Numbered from the stretch's first letter, positions 1 through 9,961 are shown. The stretch: 64,000 nucleotides of DNA from Acidobacteriota bacterium (GCA_029565065.1 JAKQOW010000095.1:5616-69615); one strand, 5' to 3'. Notes: generated by a model from the letters alone, not told the origin. A program made the numbers and translations.

Positions 1-706
1 TGCCCAGGATAACCGTGTGCTCCCGCCCGCCCGCAAACGCGTACGGGTGGCCCGCCGGTTCCCCGCCGAACGCGATGAGGCTGTACACCTCGTCGTAGAA
101 CAGGGGGACGTCCCGACGGACGCAGGCGGCCACCACCGCGCCGATATCATCGGCGCCGAACACCGCGCCGGTGGGGTTGTTCGGATTGACGCAGACGACG
201 CCCGCCGCGCCGGCCGCCAGCCGCGGCGCCAGCCCGTCCAGATCGAGGACGAAGCGGTCGCCCGCCACGGTCAGCGGCCACTCCACGCCGGTCATGCCGA
301 GCAGCTGCAGCGCCATGAGGTGGTTGAAATAGTAGGGAGCCCCCAGCACCACCCGCTCCCCCGGCTGCACCAGGGCCAGCAGGGCCAGGACGAAACCATG
401 GTTGGCCCCGGCGGTGATGATGATCTCCCGCTCGGGGTCCAGCCGGACGCCCAGACGGCGGTGGTAGTCGGCCGCCAGCGCCTCCCGTAGTTCGGGCAGG
501 CCCTGGTCGGGTCCATAGCGGTGGAGCGCCGGATCCGCCAGCCGGTCAGCCAGCGCCGCGAGGCACGCAGCCGGCGGCATCATGTCGGGGATGCCCTGGC
601 CCATGTTGATGAGAGGCTGCCCGGGCCGGTCATACTCCCGGGCGAGCGCATAGATGTCCACGATGGGCGGCGCGACCGTGGCCTGAATCCATTCAGCGAT
701 CCGCAT
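1..706 (-). CDS. PLP-dependent aminotransferase class I/II (partial, C-terminus runs off window start)
   Basis: Hand translation from ATG at 706: MRIAEWIQATVAPPI...LINMGQGIPD...YGPDQGLPELREALA...ITAGANHG...PYYFNH...VNPNNPTG...YDEVY; not in ORF track because it is truncated. Confidence 0.9.
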   Translation of the reverse strand, partial: MRIAEWIQATVAPPIVDIYALAREYDRPGQPLINMGQGIPDMMPPAACLAALADRLADPALHRYGPDQGLPELREALAADYHRRLGVRLDPEREIIITAGANHGFVLALLALVQPGERVVLGAPYYFNHLMALQLLGMTGVEWPLTVAGDRFVLDLDGLAPRLAAGAAGVVCVNPNNPTGAVFGADDIGAVVAACVRRDVPLFYDEVYSLIAFGGEPAGHPYAFAGGREHTVILG

Positions 707-812
707 GGAGTGCGCACCTCCGGATGATGCTCCCCTATTTCACCATATCCCCCGCCAGATTCAAGTTTCCATTTGACGCCTGGTGTGGTGAAATGAAACT
801 GCCGCCATCGGT

Positions 813-840
813 ACAACCATCCGTCCGCCTTCATTCGTCT
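813..840 (+). promoter_or_regulatory. Possible ECF-type (autoregulatory) promoter ACAACC-N17-CGTCT
   Basis: AAC...CGT architecture typical of ECF promoters, directly upstream of the ECF sigma gene. Confidence 0.35.
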
Positions 841-851
841 CAACGGATGCG

Positions 852-1451
852 ATGCACGCGATCCCGGCGCTCAGTTCTAGCGTGAGTCTGGTGATGGAAC
901 ACTTCCCGCGGCCCGTGCCCGACCGGTCCGAGGATCTGAACCTGGTGGACAGGATCGTCCGCGGCGAGGAGGACGCCTTTGGCGAGCTGCTCGAGCGCTA
1001 CGGCCCGCGGATCTTCAACCTGGCCCGACGCATGAGCGGCAATCCGGCCACCGCCGAAGATCTCACCCAGGAAGTGTTCCTGCTGCTGCTCCGCAAGATC
1101 CGGCAGTACGACGGGCGGGCCGCGCTGTCCACCTGGATCTACCGGGTGGCCGTCAACCGGATCATCTCGGAATTCCGCCGGCAGCCCCCCACCACCGAAA
1201 CGGCTGAGGGCGAAATGGCCGCGCTGCGCGTCGCCTCCGCGGCGCCGGCGCTGCACCGGCGACTGGATCTCGAGGCAGCCATCGGGCGGCTGCCGCCCGG
1301 CTACCGCGCGGTGCTGCTGATGCACGACGTCGAGGGGCTCCGCCACCAGGAGATCGCCGAGATCCTGGATATTTCGGTGGGCACCTCCAAGTCCCAGCTG
1401 CACCACGCCCGGATGCAGATGCGCGACCTGCTGCAAGGAGAAACACCATGA
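852..1451 (+). CDS. ECF RNA polymerase sigma-70 factor
   Basis: Region 2 (AEDLTQEVFL...LSTWIYRVAVN) and region 4 (LPPGYRAVLLMHDVEGLRHQEIAEILDISVGTSKSQLHHAR). Confidence 0.95.
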   Translation: MHAIPALSSSVSLVMEHFPRPVPDRSEDLNLVDRIVRGEEDAFGELLERYGPRIFNLARRMSGNPATAEDLTQEVFLLLLRKIRQYDGRAALSTWIYRVAVNRIISEFRRQPPTTETAEGEMAALRVASAAPALHRRLDLEAAIGRLPPGYRAVLLMHDVEGLRHQEIAEILDISVGTSKSQLHHARMQMRDLLQGETP

Positions 1452-2098
1452 GATCCGACGACCGCAACCCGTGCGCCGAGACGGAAGCGAGGTTGTCCCA
1501 TTGGCTGGACGGCGATTTGCCATCCGCAGAAGTCGCCGCCGTGCAGGCGCATCTGGCGTCCTGCGCCCCCTGCGCCAACCTGGCGGCCGAGCTCGGCGCC
1601 CTGCGCGATGCACTGGCCCGTCTGCCCGCCGCGGAGTTTCCCCCCGCCCTGGCCGATCGCATCCGGCAGCGGGCCGAATCCGAGCGACTGTTCCGCCGCG
1701 ACCGCCGCCGGCGGCCCGGCCGCCCGGTCTGGGCTGCCGCCGCCGCCCTGATCCTGCTGGCCGCCGGGCTGACGTGGCGCGCGCTGCCGCCGGACGCGGC
1801 CCCCGCACCGGACCGCACTCAACTGACCATCGACCACCCCCTGGCCGATGCCCAGCAGGAATACCAGTACGCCCTGGCCTTCCTCGAGGCCCAGGTCTCG
1901 GGGCTCCTGCCGCTGGCGCCCGCCGAACTCCGGCAACCCATCCAGTCGGAGATGGCCCAGCTCGACCAGCTGATCGCGGATCGGGAACGGATCATCGCCG
2001 GCGGTCGCGCCACGCCGCAGACCTGGGAAACACTCATGGATGTCTACCAGTGCAAGGTGGAATTGCTCGCGCTCTTCCTCAGCGCCGACGAGGGCTGA
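1448..2098 (+). CDS. Zinc-finger (zf-HC2) transmembrane anti-sigma factor
   Basis: HLASCAPC (HxxxCxxC) motif, one TM helix, 4-nt overlap with the sigma gene. Confidence 0.88.
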   Translation: MRSDDRNPCAETEARLSHWLDGDLPSAEVAAVQAHLASCAPCANLAAELGALRDALARLPAAEFPPALADRIRQRAESERLFRRDRRRRPGRPVWAAAAALILLAAGLTWRALPPDAAPAPDRTQLTIDHPLADAQQEYQYALAFLEAQVSGLLPLAPAELRQPIQSEMAQLDQLIADRERIIAGGRATPQTWETLMDVYQCKVELLALFLSADEG

Positions 2099-2111
2099 CG
2101 GCATTTCCGGC

Positions 2112-2141
2112 TTGACAAGACTCCGCCCGCTAACGTATAAG
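2112..2141 (+). promoter_or_regulatory. Sigma70 promoter TTGACA-N18-TATAAG for rpsA
   Basis: Near-consensus hexamers upstream of rpsA. Confidence 0.6.
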
Positions 2142-2278
2142 AGGGGCGATTTCCTGTTCTTGAGCTGTGCGGATGCCTTTATTAACCATTCAACCCCAGC
2201 CGATTCTGCACGTCTTTTTCTCCCGGTATCTCCGTTCAGGCAACCGCGGCCAGACCACGCGCGGAGGCGCCTGCTGAC

Positions 2279-3940
2279 ATGCACCGCGAGCCCATCCCAT
2301 GGGATCGGTCGGACAGTTCCAGCGACGGATTCGAAACTGAAGATTTCCAGTCGTTGCTGGACAGTTTCGAACAGGCGCAGGCCGAACTGCGGCCCGGCAA
2401 CCTCGTCAGCGGATCCGTCCTGTCCGTCAAGGACAACTTCGTCTTCGTCAACATCGATTACAAGTCCGAGGGCAAGATCCCCCTGGAACAGATCCAGCAC
2501 GAGCCGATCTTTGCCACCCTTGCCTCCGGTCAGCTCATCGAGGCGGTGGTCGAGAGCACCGAGGATACCGACGGCTATATCCTGCTCTCGTACGAGAAGG
2601 CCGGCCAGAACAAAATCTATGAGGACATCGAGAAATGCTACCTCAGCCGCCGGACGGTCCGCGGCCGGGTGGTCGAGGTGGTAAAGGGCGGCCTGATGGT
2701 GGACGTGGGTGTCCGCGCCTTCCTGCCGGGGTCGCAGATCGACCTCCACCCGGTCCGGGACCTGTACCGGCTGGTGAACCAGGAATTCGAGCTGGTGGTG
2801 CTCCAGTTCAACCGCCCGCGGCGCAACATCGTGGTGTCGCATCGGGCGCTGCTGGAGGATCGCCAGCAGCGCCTCCGCCAGGAGATCCTGGCCAAGCTGA
2901 GCCCCGGCCAGATTCTCGAGGGCACGGTCAAGAACATAACCGAATACGGCGTGTTCCTCAACCTGGGCGGGCTCGACGGGCTGCTGCACAAGACCGACAT
3001 CTCCTGGGGCCGGGTGCATCACCCGGCGGACCACTTCCAGCTGGGCCAGCGGATCCGGGTCATGGTCCTCCACCACGACCCCGAGAGCAACAAGGTGAGC
3101 CTCGGCTACAAGCAGCTCGAGCCCGATCCGTGGAAGACCGCGGCCGAGCGCATCCCGCCGGGCACCGTCGTCACCGGGCGCGTGCAGAGCTACGCCCCGT
3201 ACGGACTGTTCGTGGAAGTGGAGCACGGCATCGAGGGGCTGCTCCACCGCAGCGAGATTTCCTGGAACCCCTTCGATTGCTCGTACCGCGAACGGTACCG
3301 GCCGGGCGACCGGATCCGGCTCCAGATCCTCAGCCTCGAAGTCCAGGCCCGCCGACTCTCGCTGAGCATCAAGCGGATGTTGCCCAACCCGTGGGAGCAG
3401 CTTCAGCCGCGGTGTCAGCCCGGCGACTGCCTGGAGGTGCGCGTCTGCGCGGCGGACGGATACGGCCTCCTCGTGGAGGCGGCGCCCGAGGTCGTCGGCC
3501 GGATCCACCGGTCGGACCTCAGCTGGATCCGCCAGCCGATCGATCCGGCGCGCGTCGTCGGCACCCGGCTCCAGGCCGTGGTGCTGGAGTTCAATCCGGC
3601 CGCCCAGAAACTCATCCTGGGCCTCAAGCAGCTCGAGGAAAACGTGTGGGAGAAGTTCTTCGACCGTCATCAGCCCGGCGACCTGGTGCAGGGCGTGGTG
3701 ACGCGGATCGTGGATTTCGGCGCCTTCATCCGGCTGAACGAGGGACTCGAGGGCCTCTGCCACATCAGCGAATTTCCGGAAGGCTGCCCGCCCGAAGCCA
3801 CCGCCCTCGCCCGGGTGGGCCAACCGGTCTGCGTGCGCCTCCTCAAACTCAACTCCGCCGACCGCCGGATCAGCCTCAGCGCCCGCCAGGTTCCCGGCGA
3901 CGTTCCCGTCACGCCCACCCTGACCAGCCCCGTCTCATGA
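2279..3940 (+). CDS. rpsA: 30S ribosomal protein S1 (divergent)
   Basis: Six S1 OB repeats (YKSEGKIP, AFLPGSQID, DGLLHKTDISW, EGLCHISE); followed by ihfB. Confidence 0.88.
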   Translation: MHREPIPWDRSDSSSDGFETEDFQSLLDSFEQAQAELRPGNLVSGSVLSVKDNFVFVNIDYKSEGKIPLEQIQHEPIFATLASGQLIEAVVESTEDTDGYILLSYEKAGQNKIYEDIEKCYLSRRTVRGRVVEVVKGGLMVDVGVRAFLPGSQIDLHPVRDLYRLVNQEFELVVLQFNRPRRNIVVSHRALLEDRQQRLRQEILAKLSPGQILEGTVKNITEYGVFLNLGGLDGLLHKTDISWGRVHHPADHFQLGQRIRVMVLHHDPESNKVSLGYKQLEPDPWKTAAERIPPGTVVTGRVQSYAPYGLFVEVEHGIEGLLHRSEISWNPFDCSYRERYRPGDRIRLQILSLEVQARRLSLSIKRMLPNPWEQLQPRCQPGDCLEVRVCAADGYGLLVEAAPEVVGRIHRSDLSWIRQPIDPARVVGTRLQAVVLEFNPAAQKLILGLKQLEENVWEKFFDRHQPGDLVQGVVTRIVDFGAFIRLNEGLEGLCHISEFPEGCPPEATALARVGQPVCVRLLKLNSADRRISLSARQVPGDVPVTPTLTSPVS

Positions 3941-3970
3941 GCCCGCCGGCCCGCGCCGGCGATTTTAATG

Positions 3971-3999
3971 TGGACAAAAACACCGTTTTCTGTTAGGGT
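3971..3999 (+). promoter_or_regulatory. Possible sigma70 promoter TGGACA-N17-TAGGGT (extended -10) for ihfB
   Basis: Hexamers with 17-nt spacer and TG motif in a locally AT-richer intergenic stretch. Confidence 0.4.
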
Positions 4000-4037
4000 T
4001 ATCCCACATCCCATTCTATATCCCTCGGGAGGTCTTC

Positions 4038-4313
4038 ATGACTAAAGCGGAACTTGTCAACCGACTGGTCCAAAAATCCAGCCTCACCAAGCACGATGCC
4101 AGCGTGGTGGTCCAGACCGTGCTGGACAGCATCATCAACTCCCTCCAGGACGGCGAGAAGGTGGAGCTGCGCGGCTTCGGCAGTTTCAAGATCCGGGTCC
4201 GCGGCCCCCGCAAGGGACGCAACCCCAAGACGGGCGAGACGGTTGACGTGCCCGGCAAAAAAATCCCCTATTTCAAGCCCGGCAAGGAACTGCGGGATTT
4301 GATCAATTCGTGA
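4038..4313 (+). CDS. ihfB: Integration host factor beta / HU family DNA-binding protein
   Basis: MTKAELV...VELRGFGSF...GRNPKTGE...PYFKPGKELRDLIN. Confidence 0.93.
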   Translation: MTKAELVNRLVQKSSLTKHDASVVVQTVLDSIINSLQDGEKVELRGFGSFKIRVRGPRKGRNPKTGETVDVPGKKIPYFKPGKELRDLINS

Positions 4314-4316
4314 CGC

Positions 4317-4802
4317 ATGGATTTTCTCTGGACCCCCTGGCGCTACGCCTACATCGCCGGATTACAGCACAACACGGATGACGCCTGTGTGTTCTGCCGC
4401 CTGGCCCGGCTCCAGGCGGGCGAGGAGTACGTGCTTTGCCGGGGGGAATACTGCTACGTGGTGCTGAACCGCTTCCCCTACACCTCCGGTCACAGCATGG
4501 TCGTGCCGTATCGGCATTTCGCCGCCTTCCACGAGATGAGCCCGGCGGAGACGACGGAGCTCATCGCCACGGCCCAGCGGTTGCAGCGAGCCATCGAGTC
4601 CACCTACGGACCGGAGGGGTTCAACATCGGCTGGAACCAGGGGAAGTGCGCGGGCGCCGGGGTCGCCGGACATCTCCACCTGCACCTGATCCCGCGGTGG
4701 GTGGGGGATTCCAACCTCGTGTCCACGATGGGCGAGACTCGCGTCCTCCCCGAAGACCTGGCCACCACCTTCACCCGGCTCAAGGCCTCCCTGAACGTTT
4801 GA
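4317..4802 (+). CDS. HIT family hydrolase (Ap4A phosphorylase-like)
   Basis: LWTPWR...CVFC...LNRFPYTSGH...HLHLHLIPRW histidine triad. Confidence 0.92.
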   Translation: MDFLWTPWRYAYIAGLQHNTDDACVFCRLARLQAGEEYVLCRGEYCYVVLNRFPYTSGHSMVVPYRHFAAFHEMSPAETTELIATAQRLQRAIESTYGPEGFNIGWNQGKCAGAGVAGHLHLHLIPRWVGDSNLVSTMGETRVLPEDLATTFTRLKASLNV

Positions 4803-4809
4803 CCGCCCT

Positions 4810-4835
4810 GCCCGGCCGCCGGACGGCGGCCGGGC
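4810..4835. terminator. GC hairpin between convergent genes
   Basis: GCCCGGCCGCC-ggac-GGCGGCCGGGC perfect 11-bp stem, no U tract. Confidence 0.5.
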
Positions 4836-4877
4836 ACCCGGACATCCCCATTCAATCGAGACGGCTGCCGCCACGCG

Positions 4878-5546
4878 CTAGCGGTAGAACCGCGAGACCA
4901 GGCCCTCCTTCAGGCTGTCGGAAATGCACTTCCGGCCGAGCCAGATGCCGGTCACCCCTTTGGCCAGCACCGGATTCTTCAGCCGGCCCAGCTCGGTCTG
5001 GTTCTGGTGCGCGGTGATGGCGCCGTCGGCGCCGATGGTGATGACCAGCCGGTCGTTCTCCTTGGCCGTGTTCTTGAACCAGCCGATGAACCGGCGGGCG
5101 TCGGCCGCCACCTGCGGATTGCTCTTCATCTCCGGCAGGTTGTCCTCGATCCCTTCGCCGAAGGCGTCCTGGATCTTGTCCGCCTCCACCTCCCGGACGA
5201 ACTGCAGTTCGAACTGACGCACGTAGGCATCGCGCATCAGGCTGTCGAAGAACGCGGGCGTCTCCTGCAGCCGCTCGATGGTGGGTGCCTGCTTCTGCCA
5301 GCCGGGACGGACCTTCTGGCGATACGCCTCCTCGACATAGAAACCCAGCGCATACACTTTGATCACCAGCTTGGTGCGGACGCCGGTGCCCACGCAGGCG
5401 ACCTCGACGTCTCCGGCATCGGTGGCCACCCGGCGCAGGACCGGGAAACTCTTGCCGGTGGACGACTCGGTCACGGCGGCGTCGGCTCCCCAGACCACCG
5501 CGGCGGCCAGGATCAGCCACAGGCTGCTCAGCAGGATTCTTCTCAT
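4878..5546 (-). CDS. Exported chalcone-isomerase-like protein
   Basis: Signal peptide MRRILLSSLWL...; GTGVRTKLVIKVYALGFY and GIWLG motifs; SD AAGGAG before ATG 5546. Confidence 0.8.
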   Translation of the reverse strand: MRRILLSSLWLILAAAVVWGADAAVTESSTGKSFPVLRRVATDAGDVEVACVGTGVRTKLVIKVYALGFYVEEAYRQKVRPGWQKQAPTIERLQETPAFFDSLMRDAYVRQFELQFVREVEADKIQDAFGEGIEDNLPEMKSNPQVAADARRFIGWFKNTAKENDRLVITIGADGAITAHQNQTELGRLKNPVLAKGVTGIWLGRKCISDSLKEGLVSRFYR

Positions 5547-5704
5547 GCGACCCACTCCTTGCAGGGCGTTGCGGACGTGGCTCCATCATACGCATCCCCG
5601 CCTGGTCTGGCAACTGGGGAGTCGCACCCGCCCGCCACCCGCCGGATACGGGGTTGGTGCCGGCCGGCGCCTGTGATATAGTGCGGCCGAGGCGGCTCAC
5701 AACG

Positions 5705-6448
5705 ATGCGCTATCTCATCTTGTCGGACATCCATAGCAACCTCGAGGCGCTGGCGGCCGTCCTGGCCCACGTGCCCGAATACGACCACCTGCTGTTTCTG
5801 GGCGATCTCATCGGCTACGCCGCCACCCCGAACGAAGTGATCCAGCGCATCCGGCGGCTCAAGCCCACGGCCATCATCCGCGGCAATCACGACAAGGTGT
5901 GTTCCGGCGTGGAGAGCGGCGACAACTTCAACGCCAACGCCCTGCTGAGCGCCAAGTGGACGAAGGAGCAGCTCAACTCCCGCAACCAGGAATACGTCCG
6001 CTCCCTGCCCGCCGGCCCGCTGCGGGTGGATCCGCTGATCACCATCTGCCACGGCTCGCCCATGGATGAGGACTATTACATCCTCTACGAGAACGACGCC
6101 TACCTGAGCTTCCAGTGCTTCGACACCACCATCTGCCTGTTCGGACACACCCACGTGCCCGGCCTCTTCGTGCTGGAGGAGCGCGATTCCTCGTTCTACT
6201 ACTTCATCCCGCGCGACCGCTTCGAGGCCAAGCTCGACTTGAGCGGCCAGACCCGCTACCTGATCAATCCGGGCTCCGTCGGGCAGCCGCGGGATTACGA
6301 CCCGCGCGCCTCCTGCGTGGTCCTGGACACGGACCGGGCCGTGATCACGTTCCTCAAGATCCCGTACGACATCGGCAAGACCGTCCGGCGGATCCAGCTC
6401 TCGAATCTGCCCGGGTTTTTGGCTGACCGGCTCCTGAGCGGAGTCTGA
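5705..6448 (+). CDS. Metallophosphoesterase (YfcE/calcineurin-like)
   Basis: SDIHSN, GDLIGY, RGNHD, HGSP, GHTH, NPGSVGQPRD motifs. Confidence 0.92.
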   Translation: MRYLILSDIHSNLEALAAVLAHVPEYDHLLFLGDLIGYAATPNEVIQRIRRLKPTAIIRGNHDKVCSGVESGDNFNANALLSAKWTKEQLNSRNQEYVRSLPAGPLRVDPLITICHGSPMDEDYYILYENDAYLSFQCFDTTICLFGHTHVPGLFVLEERDSSFYYFIPRDRFEAKLDLSGQTRYLINPGSVGQPRDYDPRASCVVLDTDRAVITFLKIPYDIGKTVRRIQLSNLPGFLADRLLSGV

Positions 6449-6541
6449 TCCGGGACGAAACGGATTCGCCGCGTTCATCTTTTTCCGGGGAAGGATCATC
6501 CATAACCGTTTGCCGGAATTCTCCGCCGCAGGACATCCATC

Positions 6542-6940
6542 ATGACCGACCCATCGATCCGCATGGCCCGCATTTCCGAGCTCCTGTTCGAGGAGCTGGA
6601 GGGCGTCATCCCCTTCGAGATGGACGATCCGCGGTTGATCGGTTGCCGCGTCACCCGCATCCGGCTCGCGCCGGACATGAACACCTGCCGCGTGTACGTG
6701 CTCAACGACGGCCCACCGGCGGAGCGCCCCGACGTGCTGCACGCCCTGGAACACGCCGCGCCCTTCATCCGGTCCCGGGCCGCGGCGAGTCTGGGATTGA
6801 AGCACACGCCCAAATTCCTCTTTTTCTATGACGACGCCGAGGAGAAGGCGGAGCGCGTCGACGCGATCATCCGCGGTCTGGAGCATCGGCCGGACACGAC
6901 CGCCGCCGACCCGACCCCCGAGGACACCCCCGATGAATAA
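6542..6940 (+). CDS. rbfA: Ribosome-binding factor A-like protein
   Basis: DPRL...VTRIRLAPDMNTCRVYV...FIRSRAAASLGLKHTPKFLFFYDD pattern of RbfA. Confidence 0.75.
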   Translation: MTDPSIRMARISELLFEELEGVIPFEMDDPRLIGCRVTRIRLAPDMNTCRVYVLNDGPPAERPDVLHALEHAAPFIRSRAAASLGLKHTPKFLFFYDDAEEKAERVDAIIRGLEHRPDTTAADPTPEDTPDE

Positions 6941-7664
6941 AACCGTGAAACGCATTCTGCTGATCGTGGCCGGGCTGGCCGGCCTGGCCGTGCTCGCCGT
7001 GGGTGCGGCGCTCCTCTTCATGCCGCGGCCGGCCGACCTGTTGGGGCCGATCCTGGACGCGCCCGAGCTGACCGAGCTGAAACCCCCACCGCCCCGGCGG
7101 GTGGAGAAAGTGGAGCAGCTCGCGAAGTCCCTGCGGGGCGCCGAGGCGGCGCCCGCAGCCGCTGACGCGGCCGCGCCGGACGCCGCGGCTGTTCCATCCG
7201 CCGCGCCGGCCGCCGGCGCGACGACCTGGCGGCTGACCGAGCAGGAGATCAACGAGCAGCTCCAGTACGAGCTCCAGCGCCAGAACCTGCCGGCCCGCGG
7301 GCTGGAAAGCGCGGTGGCCCGCCTGACGCCGAGCCGGGTGGATCTGGTCTGCCGCATCAACGGCCAGGCGGTCCACGACCACCTGCCCGCGGACAAGCGC
7401 GACGCGTTCCCCGACCTCCTCAAGACCACCGGGACGCTGCAGGTCCGCCTGGCCCCCACCCGGGACATCATCAACCGGTGCTACGTCCAGGTCGAGTCCA
7501 TCCAGATGGGCCGGCTCCCCGTGCCGCCTGCCCTGGTGATCCCCTTCCTCCGGAAAAGCCTGCCCGGCGTCGAGTACGACCCCGACTACGGCTTCCGTCT
7601 CCCGGAGCGGCTGCAGCAGATCGAGATCGGCGACCGGACGGCGGTCGTCACCCTCAAGCCGTAA
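6933..7664 (+). CDS. Hypothetical N-terminally membrane-anchored protein
   Basis: TM helix after MNKTVKR; Ala/Pro linker; overlaps the rbfA stop. Confidence 0.7.
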   Translation: MNKTVKRILLIVAGLAGLAVLAVGAALLFMPRPADLLGPILDAPELTELKPPPPRRVEKVEQLAKSLRGAEAAPAAADAAAPDAAAVPSAAPAAGATTWRLTEQEINEQLQYELQRQNLPARGLESAVARLTPSRVDLVCRINGQAVHDHLPADKRDAFPDLLKTTGTLQVRLAPTRDIINRCYVQVESIQMGRLPVPPALVIPFLRKSLPGVEYDPDYGFRLPERLQQIEIGDRTAVVTLKP

Positions 7665-7752
7665 GCCGCCGCAACCGCCCACTTCGCCCGAATCCGTTTC
7701 GTGGAATCCTCCGCCCGCGGGCGGTTCGGGCGGCGTCCGTCCGGAAATTCAA

Positions 7753-7781
7753 TTGATCTTCACGGACGGTTGCATTACACT
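7753..7781 (+). promoter_or_regulatory. Sigma70 promoter TTGATC-N17-TACACT for the OPT gene
   Basis: Hexamers with 17-nt spacer about 50 nt before ATG 7830. Confidence 0.5.
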
Positions 7782-7829
7782 AGCCCAGTTTACTCATCCC
7801 GTTTCATCCACTCCACCAAGGAGAAGCGT

Positions 7830-9935
7830 ATGGCCGATCAGAAGCACGTCCCCTACGTTCCTGTGACGACGGACATGAAGGAGTTCACTCTTCGGGCCAT
7901 GGCCATCGGGCTGCCGCTGGCGGTGATCCTCGGCGCCGCCAACGCCTACCTCGGCCTCAAGGCCGGCATGACCATCGCCGCGACCTACCCGGCCGCCGTC
8001 ATCGGCATGGCCCTGCTGAAGCTGTTCAAGGGCAGCATCCTCGAGGAGAACATCACCCGGACCGTCGGCTCCATCGGCGAATCGGTCGCCGCCGGGGCCA
8101 TCTTCACGATTCCGGCGTTCATGATCGCCGGAGTCTGGACGGGGGATTTCATGACCCTGTCCCACTACCTCGAGGCCACCGCCATCATGCTGGTGGGTGG
8201 TTTCATCGGCATTCTGTTCGTGACCATCCTGCGGCGGGTCATGGTGGAGGACAAGGAGCTGCCGTTCCCCGAGTCGGTGGCCGCCTCCGAGATCCATAAG
8301 GCCGGCCGCGGCGCCAAGGGCGGCGGGGCCAAGTTCCTGTTCACCGCCATGGGCATCGGCGCCGCCATCCAGTTCTTCAAGGAGTTCAAGCTGTTCGCCT
8401 CCAAGGGCGAGGCGTTCATCGCCTTCAAGGACAAGCTGCTGGGCATCAACTCCGCCAGCAGCGCCCAGGCCGGCGGCGGCGCGCTCATCTCGACCCCCGG
8501 CGTGTCGCCGGCTTACATCGGCGTCGGCTACATCATCGGCCCACAGCTGGCGGCCCTGAACTTCAGCGGCGGCCTGCTGGCCTGGGGCCTGTTCGTGCCG
8601 CTGCTGCTCTATTTCCTCGGCCCCGCCCTCTGGACCCAAGTGACCGACACCCTGACCAAGAACCCGGAGGCGATCAAGGACCTGCTGGACAAGAAGTACT
8701 GGGACGCTTTCCTGGCCGATCCCAACCCGGCGCACTGGGCGGAACAGCTCTGGATCGCCCTGGCCAACAGCGTCTGGTCCAAGGTCGTCCGACCCATCGC
8801 CATCGGCGGCATGCTCATGAGTGCCGCCTTCACTCTGTACCGCATGCGCAACAGTCTGGCCGCCGGTCTGGGGCGCGCCATCCGCGACGTGCGCAAGGCG
8901 GCCACCGGCGGCGTCGCCGAGGAACGAACCGAAAAGGACATGTCCTTCAAGTGGGTGTTCATCGGCATCATCCTCGCCTCGATCGCCACGTTCTTCATCT
9001 ACTACTACTTCAGCGGTCACGTCGGCGCGGCCCTGGTGGCCACCGTCGTCATGGTGATCGCCGGCTTCTTCTTCGCCGCGGTCTCCGGCTACCTGGTGGG
9101 GCTCATCGGCTCCAGTAACAACCCGATCAGCGGTCTGACCCTGTCCACGCTCATCGTCGCCGCGTTGCTCATGGTGGCGTTGGGGGTGAGCGGTGAACCC
9201 GGCGTGGCCGCCGTGCTCGGCGTGGCCGCGGTGATCTGCGTCGCCGCCGCCGTGGCCGGTGAAATGCTGCAAGACTTGAAAGTCGGCCACATCCTGGGCG
9301 GCACGCCGTGGAAGATGCAGGTGGGCGATTTCTTCGGCGTGATCCTCTCCGCCGGCGTCATGTTCATCCCGCTCTGGATCCTCCACCAGGGCGACATCAC
9401 CCGGGGCGGCACCGGCCTCGGCGGCGCCGAATACCCGGCGCCCCAGGCCAGTCTGATGGCCATCCTGTCGCAGGGCATTGTCGGCGGCGACATGGCCTGG
9501 CCCCTCATCATCGTCGGCATCCTCATGGCCATCGGCTTCATCCTGCTGCGGGTCAAGAGCCCGATGCTGGTGTGCGTCGGCATGTACCTGCCGCTGGAGA
9601 CCACGTTCGCCATCTTCCTCGGCGGCCTGATCCGCGGGATCGCCGACAAGGTCGTGGCCCGCAAGAAGCTCAACGAAGCCCAGTCGGCGCGGGTGGAGAA
9701 CACCGGCGTGCTGCTCGCCTCCGGCCTCATCGCCGGCGAGGCGCTCATCGGCCTGTTCTTCGCCTTCCTGGCGGTCATGGAAATCAACGTGCCGTCGATC
9801 TTCGCGCAGTCCGGCTCCATGCTCCAGTTCCTCCCCACCCTGCTGGTGTTCGTGTTCGTGGGCTGGTACCTGGTGAAGGTTCCGGTGTCCAACGCCGGCA
9901 GCCCCGACGAACCGGCGCCGCCGCGGGCCATGTAG
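7830..9935 (+). CDS. Oligopeptide transporter, OPT family
   Basis: EFTLRA...AANAYLGLKAGMT, LPFPESVA, SSNNPISG, DLKVGHILGGTPWKMQ, APQA, ASGLIAGE motifs; many TM helices. Confidence 0.95.
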   Translation: MADQKHVPYVPVTTDMKEFTLRAMAIGLPLAVILGAANAYLGLKAGMTIAATYPAAVIGMALLKLFKGSILEENITRTVGSIGESVAAGAIFTIPAFMIAGVWTGDFMTLSHYLEATAIMLVGGFIGILFVTILRRVMVEDKELPFPESVAASEIHKAGRGAKGGGAKFLFTAMGIGAAIQFFKEFKLFASKGEAFIAFKDKLLGINSASSAQAGGGALISTPGVSPAYIGVGYIIGPQLAALNFSGGLLAWGLFVPLLLYFLGPALWTQVTDTLTKNPEAIKDLLDKKYWDAFLADPNPAHWAEQLWIALANSVWSKVVRPIAIGGMLMSAAFTLYRMRNSLAAGLGRAIRDVRKAATGGVAEERTEKDMSFKWVFIGIILASIATFFIYYYFSGHVGAALVATVVMVIAGFFFAAVSGYLVGLIGSSNNPISGLTLSTLIVAALLMVALGVSGEPGVAAVLGVAAVICVAAAVAGEMLQDLKVGHILGGTPWKMQVGDFFGVILSAGVMFIPLWILHQGDITRGGTGLGGAEYPAPQASLMAILSQGIVGGDMAWPLIIVGILMAIGFILLRVKSPMLVCVGMYLPLETTFAIFLGGLIRGIADKVVARKKLNEAQSARVENTGVLLASGLIAGEALIGLFFAFLAVMEINVPSIFAQSGSMLQFLPTLLVFVFVGWYLVKVPVSNAGSPDEPAPPRAM

Positions 9936-9961
9936 CCGCGGGTCTCCCTGTTGATCCGATC

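Noticed and set aside
1301-3823. 840-aa minus-strand ORF, plus other long antisense ORFs (e.g. 12439-14643, 5543-7474, 31973-33835, 58880-60259, 61839-63509)
   Set aside because: Shadow frames of well-supported genes in high-GC DNA; no recognisable motifs
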